A DNA stretch of 64,000 nucleotides, from positions 59,418 through 123,417 of the forward strand of contig JAPOOC010000007.1 of assembly GCA_026713605.1 (NCBI GenBank), in the 5' to 3' direction. This stretch comes from Candidatus Kaiserbacteria bacterium (GTDB lineage Bacteria; Patescibacteriota; Minisyncoccia; Phycocordibacterales; JABAAK01). Below the pieces are notes generated by a model. That model was not told the DNA's origin and ran no database searches. It saw nothing but the letters and a program-made list of their open reading frames with translations. Positions within the stretch are counted from its first letter, which is position 1. Each line of letters opens with the position of its first letter. Made by a program: the position numbers and the translations under genes. Below are positions 11,700-21,675 of the stretch, piece by piece.

Positions 11700-13622
11700 C
11701 TAAGAAGCAAAAATAACAGGAACGATAATGGGACGCTTCTTCATTTCTGAATAGAGGTAGTTTTGGGTCTCACGAACAAGATTTCGTTTAATGGCGTCCA
11801 AGTTTATCATTTTGTTGCGACGAAGGGATCGCTCCACAGAACGACGCGCTATCATACGAGACCGGTTAATGAGTGGCTGCGACTCTTTGAGGTACACAAA
11901 GCCACGAGAAATAATGTCAGGAGATTTTTTCACCTTTTTGAGCCGCTTATTGATAAGAACAATCACCACAAAAATACCCTCTTCTTTAAGGGTGATTCTG
12001 TCATTGAGGACAACATCTTGTGCGGTGCCGACAGCATTACCATCCACAACAACAACCTCTGTCGGCATAGTATAATCCTGCATCGTAATTGACTTACTGT
12101 CAGGACTGATATCCACAATAGATCCGTTGTTCGGAAGAATAATATTTTCTTCAGGCATACCAATATCACGAAGTATTTGGGCATGCGCAGAGAGCATAAA
12201 GTGGTAGCCGTGAATAGGAGTAAAAAATGTCGCATCAATATTCTCGTGGATCCACTTAAGTTCATCTCGGTTTGCATGCCCACTAGAGTGGACATCGCTG
12301 GTTTGGTAGGTAATAAGGTCAACACCAAGCTTAGAAAGACGATCTTTCAAATTCTGCACCGGCTCTTCATTGCCGGGAATAATTGAAGAGGAAAAAACAA
12401 CCGTGTCTCTGTTATCCAGCTTAAGATGCCGATGCGTGCCACGGGACATTCTGTCCATTGCAGTAAAATTGTCTCCCTGAGCACCAGTTGCAAGCACAAG
12501 AAGTTTCTCTTTCGGGTAATCCCCCATTTTTTCAACAGGAATAATGGCGGTGAGCGGAACTTTTAGCAGCCCCAACTCAGAAGCAATGGTGAGGTTGGTT
12601 ATCATTGACCTACCCTGCACTATCACTTTCCTGCCACTTTCAATAGCGTGCTCAATAATTCTGATAGTACGCTCTATCTGCGTTGAAAATGCGGAAAGAA
12701 TAACACGACCTTTGGTCTCTTTGATGATTTTACCAATGGTTTCCACCACGCGTTTCTCGGGGAGAGAAAAGCCAGGTCGCTCTGCGTTTGTTGAGTCCGC
12801 CATGGTGAGAAGAATATTTTTCTTCTTAATGGCGGCAAACTCCTTAACCTCCTCAGGGCCGACAACACCATCTTCGTGAGTAAGTTTAAGGTCACCAGTA
12901 AATACAATCGCGCCGAGCGGGGTATCTATAACAATACCCATTGCATCAGGGATGGTGTGGGTAACAGAAAAAAAAGTGAGGATAAGATTTTCACTAAGAG
13001 TGAGAACAGTGCTTTTCTCCACCTCGTGGTAAACGATGGGTTCCTTACTCTCAAATTCACTCTGTCTGTTTCTAATAAGTTCAATACTTAATTTCCGGGA
13101 AAAAATTGGAGGGTTACCAATTCTATTCAGAACAACTGATATACCGCCGATATGGTCAAGGTGGGCATGCGATATCACCAACCCTTTTATTTTTTCTTTT
13201 CGCTCCTCAAGGTATTGAATGTTTGGAACAATAAAATCAATACCGGGCGTGTCGTTCTGTGCAAACTTCATGCCACAATCAAGCAACAAAATTTCATCTT
13301 CATACTCAATACCATACATATTTTTCCCAATTTCTCCGACACCGCCAAAAAATAAAATACGGACAGCGTCTTTTTCCTGTCGCGGAATATTGAGTGTCGA
13401 CTCGGCATCGTAGTTGGTGGTGAGCTCACGCGACCCGATAAGTCCGCCTTGCCGTCGAAGTGGCTTTTGATAAAGTCCAGAGGAGACCTTTTGTTTTTTG
13501 ACATCACCTGATCCAGAGGTTTTTTTTGACGCACTCTTTTTGGAAGATGCCTTCTTGCCAGCACTGGTACGCTCGATCACTTTTTTAGTAGTTGTAGGTT
13601 TCTTTGTTTCTGCCATACGCAT
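11700..13622 (-). CDS. rnj: Ribonuclease J with intact catalytic motifs
   Basis: GGVGEIGKNM, SHAHLDHIG, THTIPD, TGDLK, HSSGHA, PIHG; Lys-rich N-terminal extension. Confidence 0.95.
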   Translation of the reverse strand: MRMAETKKPTTTKKVIERTSAGKKASSKKSASKKTSGSGDVKKQKVSSGLYQKPLRRQGGLIGSRELTTNYDAESTLNIPRQEKDAVRILFFGGVGEIGKNMYGIEYEDEILLLDCGMKFAQNDTPGIDFIVPNIQYLEERKEKIKGLVISHAHLDHIGGISVVLNRIGNPPIFSRKLSIELIRNRQSEFESKEPIVYHEVEKSTVLTLSENLILTFFSVTHTIPDAMGIVIDTPLGAIVFTGDLKLTHEDGVVGPEEVKEFAAIKKKNILLTMADSTNAERPGFSLPEKRVVETIGKIIKETKGRVILSAFSTQIERTIRIIEHAIESGRKVIVQGRSMITNLTIASELGLLKVPLTAIIPVEKMGDYPKEKLLVLATGAQGDNFTAMDRMSRGTHRHLKLDNRDTVVFSSSIIPGNEEPVQNLKDRLSKLGVDLITYQTSDVHSSGHANRDELKWIHENIDATFFTPIHGYHFMLSAHAQILRDIGMPEENIILPNNGSIVDISPDSKSITMQDYTMPTEVVVVDGNAVGTAQDVVLNDRITLKEEGIFVVIVLINKRLKKVKKSPDIISRGFVYLKESQPLINRSRMIARRSVERSLRRNKMINLDAIKRNLVRETQNYLYSEMKKRPIIVPVIFAS

Positions 13623-13634
13623 TATGTAATGTAA

Positions 13635-15416
13635 TTATTGGGTAAATATAACCGGAACAACAATCGGTCGCTTGTTGGTCTCATTTACCAAAAAGGTCTG
13701 CACCTCTTTTTGTATTGCCTTTTTCATCTTATCAATCTCAACCCTACCAGTTTCCTTCGCCTCTTTTTCAGCGGCTTTCTTGATAACGATACGGACACGG
13801 GCAATAAGGTCCTGTGACTCGCGTAAATAGATAAAGCCACGAGAAATAATGTCAGGAGATTTTTTAACCTCAAGGGTTTTTCGGTCAATAAAGACGATAA
13901 TAATAAAGATGCCTTCTTGTGAGAGAGTATTTCGGTCCTGCACGACAACATCCTGTACCGGAGAAAGAGTATGACCATCAACAGAGACGGCGGTAGTTTC
14001 CATTCGCTGCTTCTGTTTTTTAATAACCTTACCATCAGGGCTGACATCTATTATTGAACCATTTTCCGGCACAGCAAAAGAATCCTGCGACATGCCGAGT
14101 TCACGGAGTATGTGCGTATGTGCATTAAGCATGTAGTGATAACCTTGAACAGGGATGAAGAACTTCGCATTAAGAAGTTGGTGCATCCAGCGAAGCTCAC
14201 TCTTGTTGGCATGTCCGCTACCCTTAACATCGCTGGTATTGTACGATCGGGTAATCGCACCAAGGCGGGAAAGACGATCCTTAAGATTCTGTGTCGCTTG
14301 CGCATTCGCAGAAATCATCGGTGAAGGAAATATAATAGTATCTTTTGTGATAACAGAAGTGTGGCGGTAACTTTCACGAGATATGCTCTCCAACGCTTCA
14401 CAAATTTCATTTTCTTCAGCAGTAAAAGCAATAAACACCTCCTCAGAATCATCATCTTTTTTCATCTCCTGAATAGGAATAAGGGACTCCTTTGGCATTT
14501 GCATGATACCAAGTTCCGAGGCAGTTTGAAGGTTTTCCAAAAGCAACGCACCTTCCACATAAGTTTTTTTACCAGCCCGGAACGCTTTTTCCAATAGCAT
14601 TGCATTCCTCTTTATTTGAGACGGAAAGAGCGGTATCAGTACACGGTGCGGCGCTTCCTGCATCATCTGGTCAACCTCTTCAACTATCTCATGGTCGGTT
14701 ATGGCAAAGCCCGGGCGTTCTGATCCAACCGAATCAGCAAGAGAAAGAATAACATCTTTCTCTTTCGCCGCTTTGAACGCCTCCTCCTCTTCAGCACGAA
14801 TGATTTCCTTGTTGTGACTGACCTTAAGGTTGCCAGTATAAGCAATACAGCCAGAAGGGGTCTCTATAAGCACACCAAGCGTACTCGGCGCATTGTCGGC
14901 AATGCCAAAGAAGTGGAGGGTAACATCGTCGTTGACAACAACTGACTCCGCTTTTTCCACTTCGTGAAATGACACATGCAATGTTCCGCGGAGCGTATTC
15001 TGGTGGTTTTCTATAATGGCCTTAGTAAGTTTTCTGGTGTACAGCACAGGGTCTCCCAAAGCACGAGTAACATACGGAATAGCACCAATATGCTTCATAG
15101 AGGCATCTGTAACGATCAGCGCCTTGACATCTTGCTTCCTATCTTTGAGGTATTGGATATTCGGCATAACAGCATTGACACCAGGGGTGCTGCTCTCGCC
15201 GAACATAGTGCCACACTCCAATAGCACAATGGTGTTATTGTACTCAATGCCGTACATATTTTTGCCAATCTCTGATATGCCACCAAACACAAGCGTACGA
15301 ATCTCACCTTTGTTTGGTTTAGGAATAAATACTTTTTTTGGTTTTTTGGTGTCGACTGTTTTGCTTTTTATGTGTGACGGGCGTGATTGTCTGTAGTTTC
15401 TTTTTGGTATTGCCAT
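13635..15416 (-). CDS. RNase J paralogue with degenerate metal-binding motifs (probably inactive)
   Basis: Colinear with the neighbouring rnj (GGISEIGKNM, KKSPDIISRGF), but HxHxDH is replaced by DASMKH and other ligands are lost. Confidence 0.88.
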   Translation of the reverse strand: MAIPKRNYRQSRPSHIKSKTVDTKKPKKVFIPKPNKGEIRTLVFGGISEIGKNMYGIEYNNTIVLLECGTMFGESSTPGVNAVMPNIQYLKDRKQDVKALIVTDASMKHIGAIPYVTRALGDPVLYTRKLTKAIIENHQNTLRGTLHVSFHEVEKAESVVVNDDVTLHFFGIADNAPSTLGVLIETPSGCIAYTGNLKVSHNKEIIRAEEEEAFKAAKEKDVILSLADSVGSERPGFAITDHEIVEEVDQMMQEAPHRVLIPLFPSQIKRNAMLLEKAFRAGKKTYVEGALLLENLQTASELGIMQMPKESLIPIQEMKKDDDSEEVFIAFTAEENEICEALESISRESYRHTSVITKDTIIFPSPMISANAQATQNLKDRLSRLGAITRSYNTSDVKGSGHANKSELRWMHQLLNAKFFIPVQGYHYMLNAHTHILRELGMSQDSFAVPENGSIIDVSPDGKVIKKQKQRMETTAVSVDGHTLSPVQDVVVQDRNTLSQEGIFIIIVFIDRKTLEVKKSPDIISRGFIYLRESQDLIARVRIVIKKAAEKEAKETGRVEIDKMKKAIQKEVQTFLVNETNKRPIVVPVIFTQ

Positions 15417-15430
15417 GAATCTGTAGTTAG

Positions 15431-17185
15431 TTAGTTCTCAACAAAAGGTTTCCACACTTTCTCTCGCTGTATATGCCACTTGTGCACATTGGTAAATCGA
15501 TCACTCGAATCCGTTATTCTGCCGAGTCGTCGCTGCCCTTTTTGCAAACCAACCCCTTCAACACGCTGCGGCAGTATATAGAGAAAGTGAGGCGAATAAA
15601 GAAAAATTGCCGGAACATTTTTCATCATCTCTACCTTGATAGCAGTATACACCATATCCCGCCAACTGTCATGAGGAGGTTGGGATAACTGCTCAAGAAA
15701 GCGCTGTGAGGGGGTTGATTGTTCAAGACCAGTAAGGAGGTCGTTAAGTATCGGACTTCCAAAGCTGGTGATTGAGGCAAGATTTTCCCGATCCCCAGAT
15801 TTCCACAAGGCAACCAAATCGTTCACCGTGTTGGCTTCATAACCATAGAGCATAGCATCAAATTCCTTTTTTTGTATAGTGTCGGAAACCTCTTTTTCTG
15901 TAATAGTATGTATCGTCACAGCAATGCCAAGTCGTCGCCATCCATCCGCAAGAATGTCCGCTATCTGTTGCGCCTCATCGATATTTGGAACAACAAAAGA
16001 GATCTTGAATGGGACGCCGTCTCGTTCACGGTATCCGGTGGCGGACTCAAATCTCCAGCCAATGTCTTCCAGTGTCTGCTTGATGTCTTCCAGCGGTACA
16101 ACCTGCTCTGGTAACATAACATCAGTTGGGAGAGGGTGTTGTATAGGGTTGGCATAGGTATGAAACACTTGGGAAATAATGGACTCCCGGGTAACCCACC
16201 GAGAAAGAACACTGCGAAGGAAAGAGTCCTGAAGGATCCGCCCGTCTTCGGCATTGAAGAATACACCAAAGACACGATTGGTGTTAGCGGTATGAAGTCG
16301 ACCCTGCTCTTCCTTTTTCTGTTTAAGAAGAGATCCCACTTCGCCACCAGCAATACCATAGACACTGTCTATGGTGCCAACTTCATATGCCCGGAGGAGG
16401 TCAACAACATCAACAAAAAAGTGCAGGGTAATTTTTTTAATAAAAGGTCTGCCAAGAACATAACTAGAAAACTCTTCCAAGGTTATGCTGGTGGGACGCT
16501 CGTCAAGAGTCACAGATTCCTGGCTGTACTTGTATGGTCCTGCACCGATGTGCACTCCTGACCCGTTGTAATTGCGCCGCTTGTCAGTCGGTATTTTTTT
16601 CCAGATGTGTTCAGGGAGAATGGGGATGGTAAATTGTCCAGGAAAATGGAGATTGCCTTCCGGAACAGTAACAATGAGTGTGATGTCATCCACCGCCTCA
16701 ACCGCAACGCCGACCCATGCTGCATGATGCGGACTCTTATATTTTTGCTCCTGTTGAAGCATGCCGACGGTATAAAGGACATCCGCTGTGGTTATGAGGG
16801 AGCCATCGTGAAACGATGCATGTTCTCTGAGTGTAAATAAGTATCGAGTCGGACTTTCTTGTTTCCACGACTGAGCAAGATGTGGAACGAAACCACCACT
16901 GAGATCACGCTGAAGCAAGCCAGCATGCATCAACGCCGCAATATCTTTCTCCGCAGCGTTATTTGCATAAAGAGGATTTTTATACACCGGCACACCAACA
17001 ACACCTTCATCAATTTCTCCGCGACGAATAGTTGTTTCATAGAGAAAGGTAGTGTTAAGGGCGGTAAGAAGAAACACAAGCTGGACAAAGAGAACACCCA
17101 TAAGGATGAGAATGATGCAGGCATCGGACGGAGGCAACTTTTTGTACATACCCGGATGAGGGCAAAATGATATGAACGACTTCAT
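15431..17185 (-). CDS. ABC transporter substrate-binding protein, family 5 (peptide/nickel type)
   Basis: PHLAQSW, FTLRE..FHDG..TADV, ILPEHIW, IGAGPYK; start codon uncertain. Confidence 0.85.
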   Translation of the reverse strand: MKSFISFCPHPGMYKKLPPSDACIILILMGVLFVQLVFLLTALNTTFLYETTIRRGEIDEGVVGVPVYKNPLYANNAAEKDIAALMHAGLLQRDLSGGFVPHLAQSWKQESPTRYLFTLREHASFHDGSLITTADVLYTVGMLQQEQKYKSPHHAAWVGVAVEAVDDITLIVTVPEGNLHFPGQFTIPILPEHIWKKIPTDKRRNYNGSGVHIGAGPYKYSQESVTLDERPTSITLEEFSSYVLGRPFIKKITLHFFVDVVDLLRAYEVGTIDSVYGIAGGEVGSLLKQKKEEQGRLHTANTNRVFGVFFNAEDGRILQDSFLRSVLSRWVTRESIISQVFHTYANPIQHPLPTDVMLPEQVVPLEDIKQTLEDIGWRFESATGYRERDGVPFKISFVVPNIDEAQQIADILADGWRRLGIAVTIHTITEKEVSDTIQKKEFDAMLYGYEANTVNDLVALWKSGDRENLASITSFGSPILNDLLTGLEQSTPSQRFLEQLSQPPHDSWRDMVYTAIKVEMMKNVPAIFLYSPHFLYILPQRVEGVGLQKGQRRLGRITDSSDRFTNVHKWHIQREKVWKPFVEN

Positions 17186-17290
17186 TGTATTATAGTAAAT
17201 AAAAAAACCAACACATCATACTCTCTTGCAGTATACCGTGATTGTAAATCGGCTTGCATGAACTATAAACGGTATGTGGCAAGGTGTTGA

Positions 17291-17524
17291 CTAAATCGTT
17301 ACAAGTGGAAAAATAACGCTGGCGACAAAAAGTATCGCAATAACGAAAGTCGCTATAAACACTATTTTTTCTGAACCGCGTCGTTTCGCATTGCCGGTTT
17401 CAGAAATGTCACCACCACCAAACGCGCTACCAACATTAGCTTCACCTCGCTGCAGAAGGATGGCAATGATAAGTAAAATAGCACTGGTAACCTGTACCAC
17501 CTGGGTAATAAATTGAATACTCAT
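17291..17524 (-). CDS. secG: Preprotein translocase subunit SecG
   Basis: Two TM helices, ILLQRGEA..GSAFGG, RRGSEK. Confidence 0.9.
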   Translation of the reverse strand: MSIQFITQVVQVTSAILLIIAILLQRGEANVGSAFGGGDISETGNAKRRGSEKIVFIATFVIAILFVASVIFPLVTI

Positions 17525-17579
17525 AAGCGTAGATTATCCTCAGTATACCACAAAAGAAAATCAGACACCCAGATGCAAG

Positions 17580-17652
17580 AGCCATCTGCCGGATTTGAAC
17601 CGGCGACCTCTCCCTTACCATGGGAGTGCTCTACCGACTGAGCTAAGATGGC
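17580..17652 (-). tRNA. tRNA-Thr(GGT)
   Basis: Cloverleaf GCCATCT..AGATGGC, anticodon arm CTCCC-ATGGTAA-GGGAG, T-loop GGTTCAAATCC; CCA not encoded. Confidence 0.95.
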
Positions 17653-17769
17653 AATATGTGTAATTATAGTATACTCTGAAACAAGAAAAGGGATACGAGG
17701 GAGTACACAATAGCATTTGTAATCATAAGGTATTTGAAGAAGATAATAAAGAAGCCATCCAGTTTTCCA

Positions 17770-18390
17770 CACAGCATTGTCAAAAGAACAATGTATGGTC
17801 TACTATATACAGTAGACAGGGAATGTATATTGCCTGAAGAAAAATTACAATTTCTAGGGAAGAAGCATTATGCAAACTTGAGGACTGCAAAAAGCAATCG
17901 TCAGTAAGGTGTAAATAGCTCTACCCAGAGGTAATAAAAAGGCACAAAAATAACCGCACGCATCTGCCATAACGCTGGCGCAACGCCAGATGGCAGAGCT
18001 TGGTTACCCTGCCAATTGATCCTTTGTGAGAAAAATATTTCTCACAAACTGTTCCTTAAAATTAACATTGTAAGAAAACTACAATGTAACACAACACACA
18101 CTACTGTTCAAAAGTACTTCCATGCACAAATGAGAAGTGCTCTAAGTAATTCAAACATCTTGAATTACAGCGTGGCCGAAAGCCACAAAAATGACAGCAA
18201 CAACAGAAGTGCTGTCTGTGGTCGAAAACCACCATGAAGGATGATCTGCTCGGGGCAGCAGCAATAGCATCCTTCTAAACACCACACTTTTTTCTTTTTT
18301 GAAAGAAAGCAAAGAGGGTGTTCTCATAACCCCTCGGTTAGACAAAGAGCGTTTTAATTTTTATATTACAAACCTCGGTCAACCGAGGGG
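17770..18390 (+). ncRNA. Candidate large structured non-coding RNA (unidentified)
   Basis: More than ten consecutive hairpins in an intergenic region with no credible ORF; repeated GTGGY-CGAAA-RCCAC stem-loop. Confidence 0.45.
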
Positions 18391-18604
18391 ATATTATTTT
18401 TTCAAACAATAGAATATTTTTTTGTCAATAATCGTAAAAAGCAAAGTATCAGATGAAAGAAAAGATTTTAAGCCGATAGGCAGAATAGGCAGAAAAAATG
18501 AGAAAATGTTTTCCAGAAGTTTTCCAGAAATGGCAGAGGTGTAAAAGAGGCGACATGATACAATAAAAACACAGTAATCGTAGCGATGCCTCCAAAAGAA
18601 AACA

Positions 18605-19951
18605 ATGAAAAAAAAGGTAAGTAAAAAAAGAAAATCAGCAGTTAAGCAGAAAGGGCGGATGGTAAAAAGACGCCCGGCGCGCAGTAAAAAGAAAAAGAGT
18701 GCCACCAAAAAAACAGGTCGAAAAACGCAACACACCAAACCGGTAGAAATACTCGAGGACTTGATTGACACCGCACAGCAGGAAAAAAATCTGTACAACT
18801 CAATTCCAGATAAGTACAAGAAAAAAATTAAAGCCATGGTCAACAAGTGTAAGAGCAAGGGATATGTCACATCAGAGGAAGTGTTAGAGTATGTCGGGCT
18901 AGAAGAGTGTGATAACACAGGTAATGTGTGGAGTTGCATTGAAGAAGTATTAAAAACAAGTTGTGTTGACTTGGTAGAAAACGAAGGGTTGTTACAGGAA
19001 GTTAACCTGGAATCAGACCCGCGATTCCCTGAATTTGATTCATCCTCATATGATTCTATACAAATGTATCTACGAGATATTGGAAGGTACCCATTGCTCA
19101 GCGCAAAAGAAGAACAAGAGCTCGGCAAGAAAATAATGGCGCGAAGGGACATACTGGAAAAGCGAGATAAAAAACGATTGACACCAGCAAAGGAAAGAAA
19201 GATTTTGAATGAAGGGCTGGAAGCGCGTAACAAACTGGCAACCGCTAACTTGCGATTAGTGGTTTCCATTGCAAAAAACTACGCCGGAAGAAGTCGGGAT
19301 CTAAGTTTGCTTGATCTAGTGCAGGAGGGATCAGAAGGGCTGTACAAAGCAGTTGATAAGTTTGAACCACAACGCGGATTCAAATTTTCAACCTATGCGA
19401 CATGGTGGATTAAACAATCAATTGTCCGAGGTTTGGCAGATAAGTCAAGAACAATTCGTATACCAGTACACATGTCTGAAACAACACAACGCTACCAAAA
19501 GGCGATGGTGCAGCTGGAAAAAGACCTAGGACGCACGCCAACAGTACAAGAGGTGGCAACCGAACTTGGCATTGACCCGGAAAAAGTATATATGATACGA
19601 AGAATATCACAGGACATTGTGCAGTTGGAACGACCGCTAGGCGGTAGCAACGATGAAGAGGGCAATACGCGCATATCTGACACCGTTGAAGATCACGATC
19701 AGGAAACACAGGAAAAAATGGTATCAAAGGACATCTTAAAAGATCAGATACAGGGCATCCTAAAAGATCTTTCGCCGCGAGAGCGGCAGGTAATAGAAAT
19801 GCGACACGGATTGGAGGATGGTATACAGCACACCTTAGAACAGATAGGGACAGAGCTCAAGGTAACCCGTGAGCGAGTGCGACAAATAGAATCCCGTGCA
19901 CTTGAAAAATTGCGAGCGCACACTGAAGTAAAAAAATTAGAGAGTTATTAA
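18605..19951 (+). CDS. rpoD: RNA polymerase primary sigma factor RpoD/SigA
   Basis: DSIQMYLRDIG, ANLRLVVSIAK, DLVQEG, FKFSTYATWWIKQ, RTIRIPVH, VTRERVRQIE. Confidence 0.96.
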   Translation: MKKKVSKKRKSAVKQKGRMVKRRPARSKKKKSATKKTGRKTQHTKPVEILEDLIDTAQQEKNLYNSIPDKYKKKIKAMVNKCKSKGYVTSEEVLEYVGLEECDNTGNVWSCIEEVLKTSCVDLVENEGLLQEVNLESDPRFPEFDSSSYDSIQMYLRDIGRYPLLSAKEEQELGKKIMARRDILEKRDKKRLTPAKERKILNEGLEARNKLATANLRLVVSIAKNYAGRSRDLSLLDLVQEGSEGLYKAVDKFEPQRGFKFSTYATWWIKQSIVRGLADKSRTIRIPVHMSETTQRYQKAMVQLEKDLGRTPTVQEVATELGIDPEKVYMIRRISQDIVQLERPLGGSNDEEGNTRISDTVEDHDQETQEKMVSKDILKDQIQGILKDLSPRERQVIEMRHGLEDGIQHTLEQIGTELKVTRERVRQIESRALEKLRAHTEVKKLESY

Positions 19952-20004
19952 GGTGTACAGTAAACCTTGCATGGTCAGTGATGTGTCTATATACTATCGG
20001 TAGT

Positions 20005-21651
20005 ATGGATCAAAAATGCGCAATGGCAGTATTACAATCAGGCAGCAATGTTTTTCTGACCGGTGAGCCCGGAGCAGGGAAGACCCACACCATCAGTAAC
20101 TATGTTGCGTGGCTACAGAAAAAAAGGAAAGAAGTTGCAGTAACAGCATCCACCGGTATTGCAGCAAGTCATATAGGAGGCAGGACGATACACTCGTGGA
20201 GTGGTATAGGGGTGAAAGAAACATTGGGGCAGGAGGACATTGAACAAATTATGCAAAAAGGGAGAAGTGTGCAACGAATGTCCGAGACAGAGGTGCTGAT
20301 TATCGATGAGGTGTCTATGCTGAGCGGCAAGATATTAGATGCACTAGATGTGTTGCTCCGCACAGCACGAATGGACACCCGCCCATTTGGTGGCGTGCAA
20401 ATTATACTCGTTGGCGATTTTTTCCAGCTACCACCAGTATCACGAGATAGCAATACGCCATATGCATTTACAGCAGAAGTATGGAGTCGGGCAGGGCTAC
20501 AGGTATGTTACCTTACCGAGCAACATCGACAGGAAGACAACGCATTTCTTGATCTATTGCGCGCAATACGGAACGGCACGCTATCCGACGAACATTACAC
20601 CCTCCTACAGGAGCAGGACAGCATTGCAAACGGCATGCAAGAGCCGACAATGCTCCATGCACACAACCGCGAAGTAGACCAAGACAACACTGCACGACTT
20701 GAAGCACTGTCGGGGGAGCGGCGCGTGTTCACTATGGAAAAAGATGGACCAAGGGCAGTGGTTGAGGCGATGGTGAAAGGGTGCATGTCGCCAGAAGTGT
20801 TGTCTATAAAAGAAGGTGCGGTAGTGATGTTCACAAAAAATGACCCGCAACAATCATTCGTCAACGGCACGCTGGGTACAGTAACTGGGTTTAGCCGAGA
20901 AGGTGATTTGCCAATCATAGAAACCTTTGATGGAAAAACCATCGTCGCCGAACATATGCTGTGGGAAATGCACGACGGCGGTGAGCGAATCGCCGCCCTC
21001 CGACAAGTGCCACTGCGACTCGCATGGTCTATCACCATACATAAAAGTCAGGGAGCGTCGCTGGACGCAGCAGAAATAAACCTCTCCCGGGTATTCGTGG
21101 AAGGGCAGGGGTATGTCGCACTTTCCCGGGTACGCAGCTTAGCGGGACTACGCCTTGTTGGTGGCATCACACCAAAATCACTGGCTATTGCACCAATGAT
21201 ACAAGAGCAAGACCGGTTATATAAACAGGCGAGTGAGCAGGCAGAAGTAGCATTTGCCGGCGCAACGCCTGAGGAAGTGCAGGGAGAAAGCGTTGCGACA
21301 ACAGCCCCCATAAGCAAGCCACTAAAAAAAGACACCTACACCACGACCTTAGAAATGCTCCAGGACGGAAAAACATTGGAAGAGATCGTCATCACTCGTG
21401 CCATCCAGGAGAAAACAATACTCACGCACATAGAAATACTGGTTGCAAACAATGCCTTGCAGAGCAGCGACATCAAACATCTCCTCCCAAAAAACTGGGA
21501 CGAAATATATCAAGAGATACACACAGCAATCAAAAAACACACCGACGAACGCCTCAAACCCCTCTACGAACACTGCGATGAAAAATATCCATACCCACTC
21601 ATAACCCTTGCCCGGGTCACGTATCGTCTTGAAAAAAACAACACTGCATAA
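20005..21651 (+). CDS. Pif1-family DNA helicase with C-terminal helix-turn-helix
   Basis: TGEPGAGKT, IIDEVSM, GDFFQLPPV, LAWSITIHKSQG, YVALSR; start placed at the ATG at 20005. Confidence 0.9.
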   Translation: MDQKCAMAVLQSGSNVFLTGEPGAGKTHTISNYVAWLQKKRKEVAVTASTGIAASHIGGRTIHSWSGIGVKETLGQEDIEQIMQKGRSVQRMSETEVLIIDEVSMLSGKILDALDVLLRTARMDTRPFGGVQIILVGDFFQLPPVSRDSNTPYAFTAEVWSRAGLQVCYLTEQHRQEDNAFLDLLRAIRNGTLSDEHYTLLQEQDSIANGMQEPTMLHAHNREVDQDNTARLEALSGERRVFTMEKDGPRAVVEAMVKGCMSPEVLSIKEGAVVMFTKNDPQQSFVNGTLGTVTGFSREGDLPIIETFDGKTIVAEHMLWEMHDGGERIAALRQVPLRLAWSITIHKSQGASLDAAEINLSRVFVEGQGYVALSRVRSLAGLRLVGGITPKSLAIAPMIQEQDRLYKQASEQAEVAFAGATPEEVQGESVATTAPISKPLKKDTYTTTLEMLQDGKTLEEIVITRAIQEKTILTHIEILVANNALQSSDIKHLLPKNWDEIYQEIHTAIKKHTDERLKPLYEHCDEKYPYPLITLARVTYRLEKNNTA

Positions 21652-21675
21652 AGAAAATAAATATATCCATCGCCA

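Noticed and set aside
17660-18600. Replication origin, RNase P RNA or tmRNA
   Set aside because: Only one imperfect DnaA box (TTTTCCACA) was seen, with no GAGGAAAGTCC and no tRNA-like tmRNA ends on either strand.
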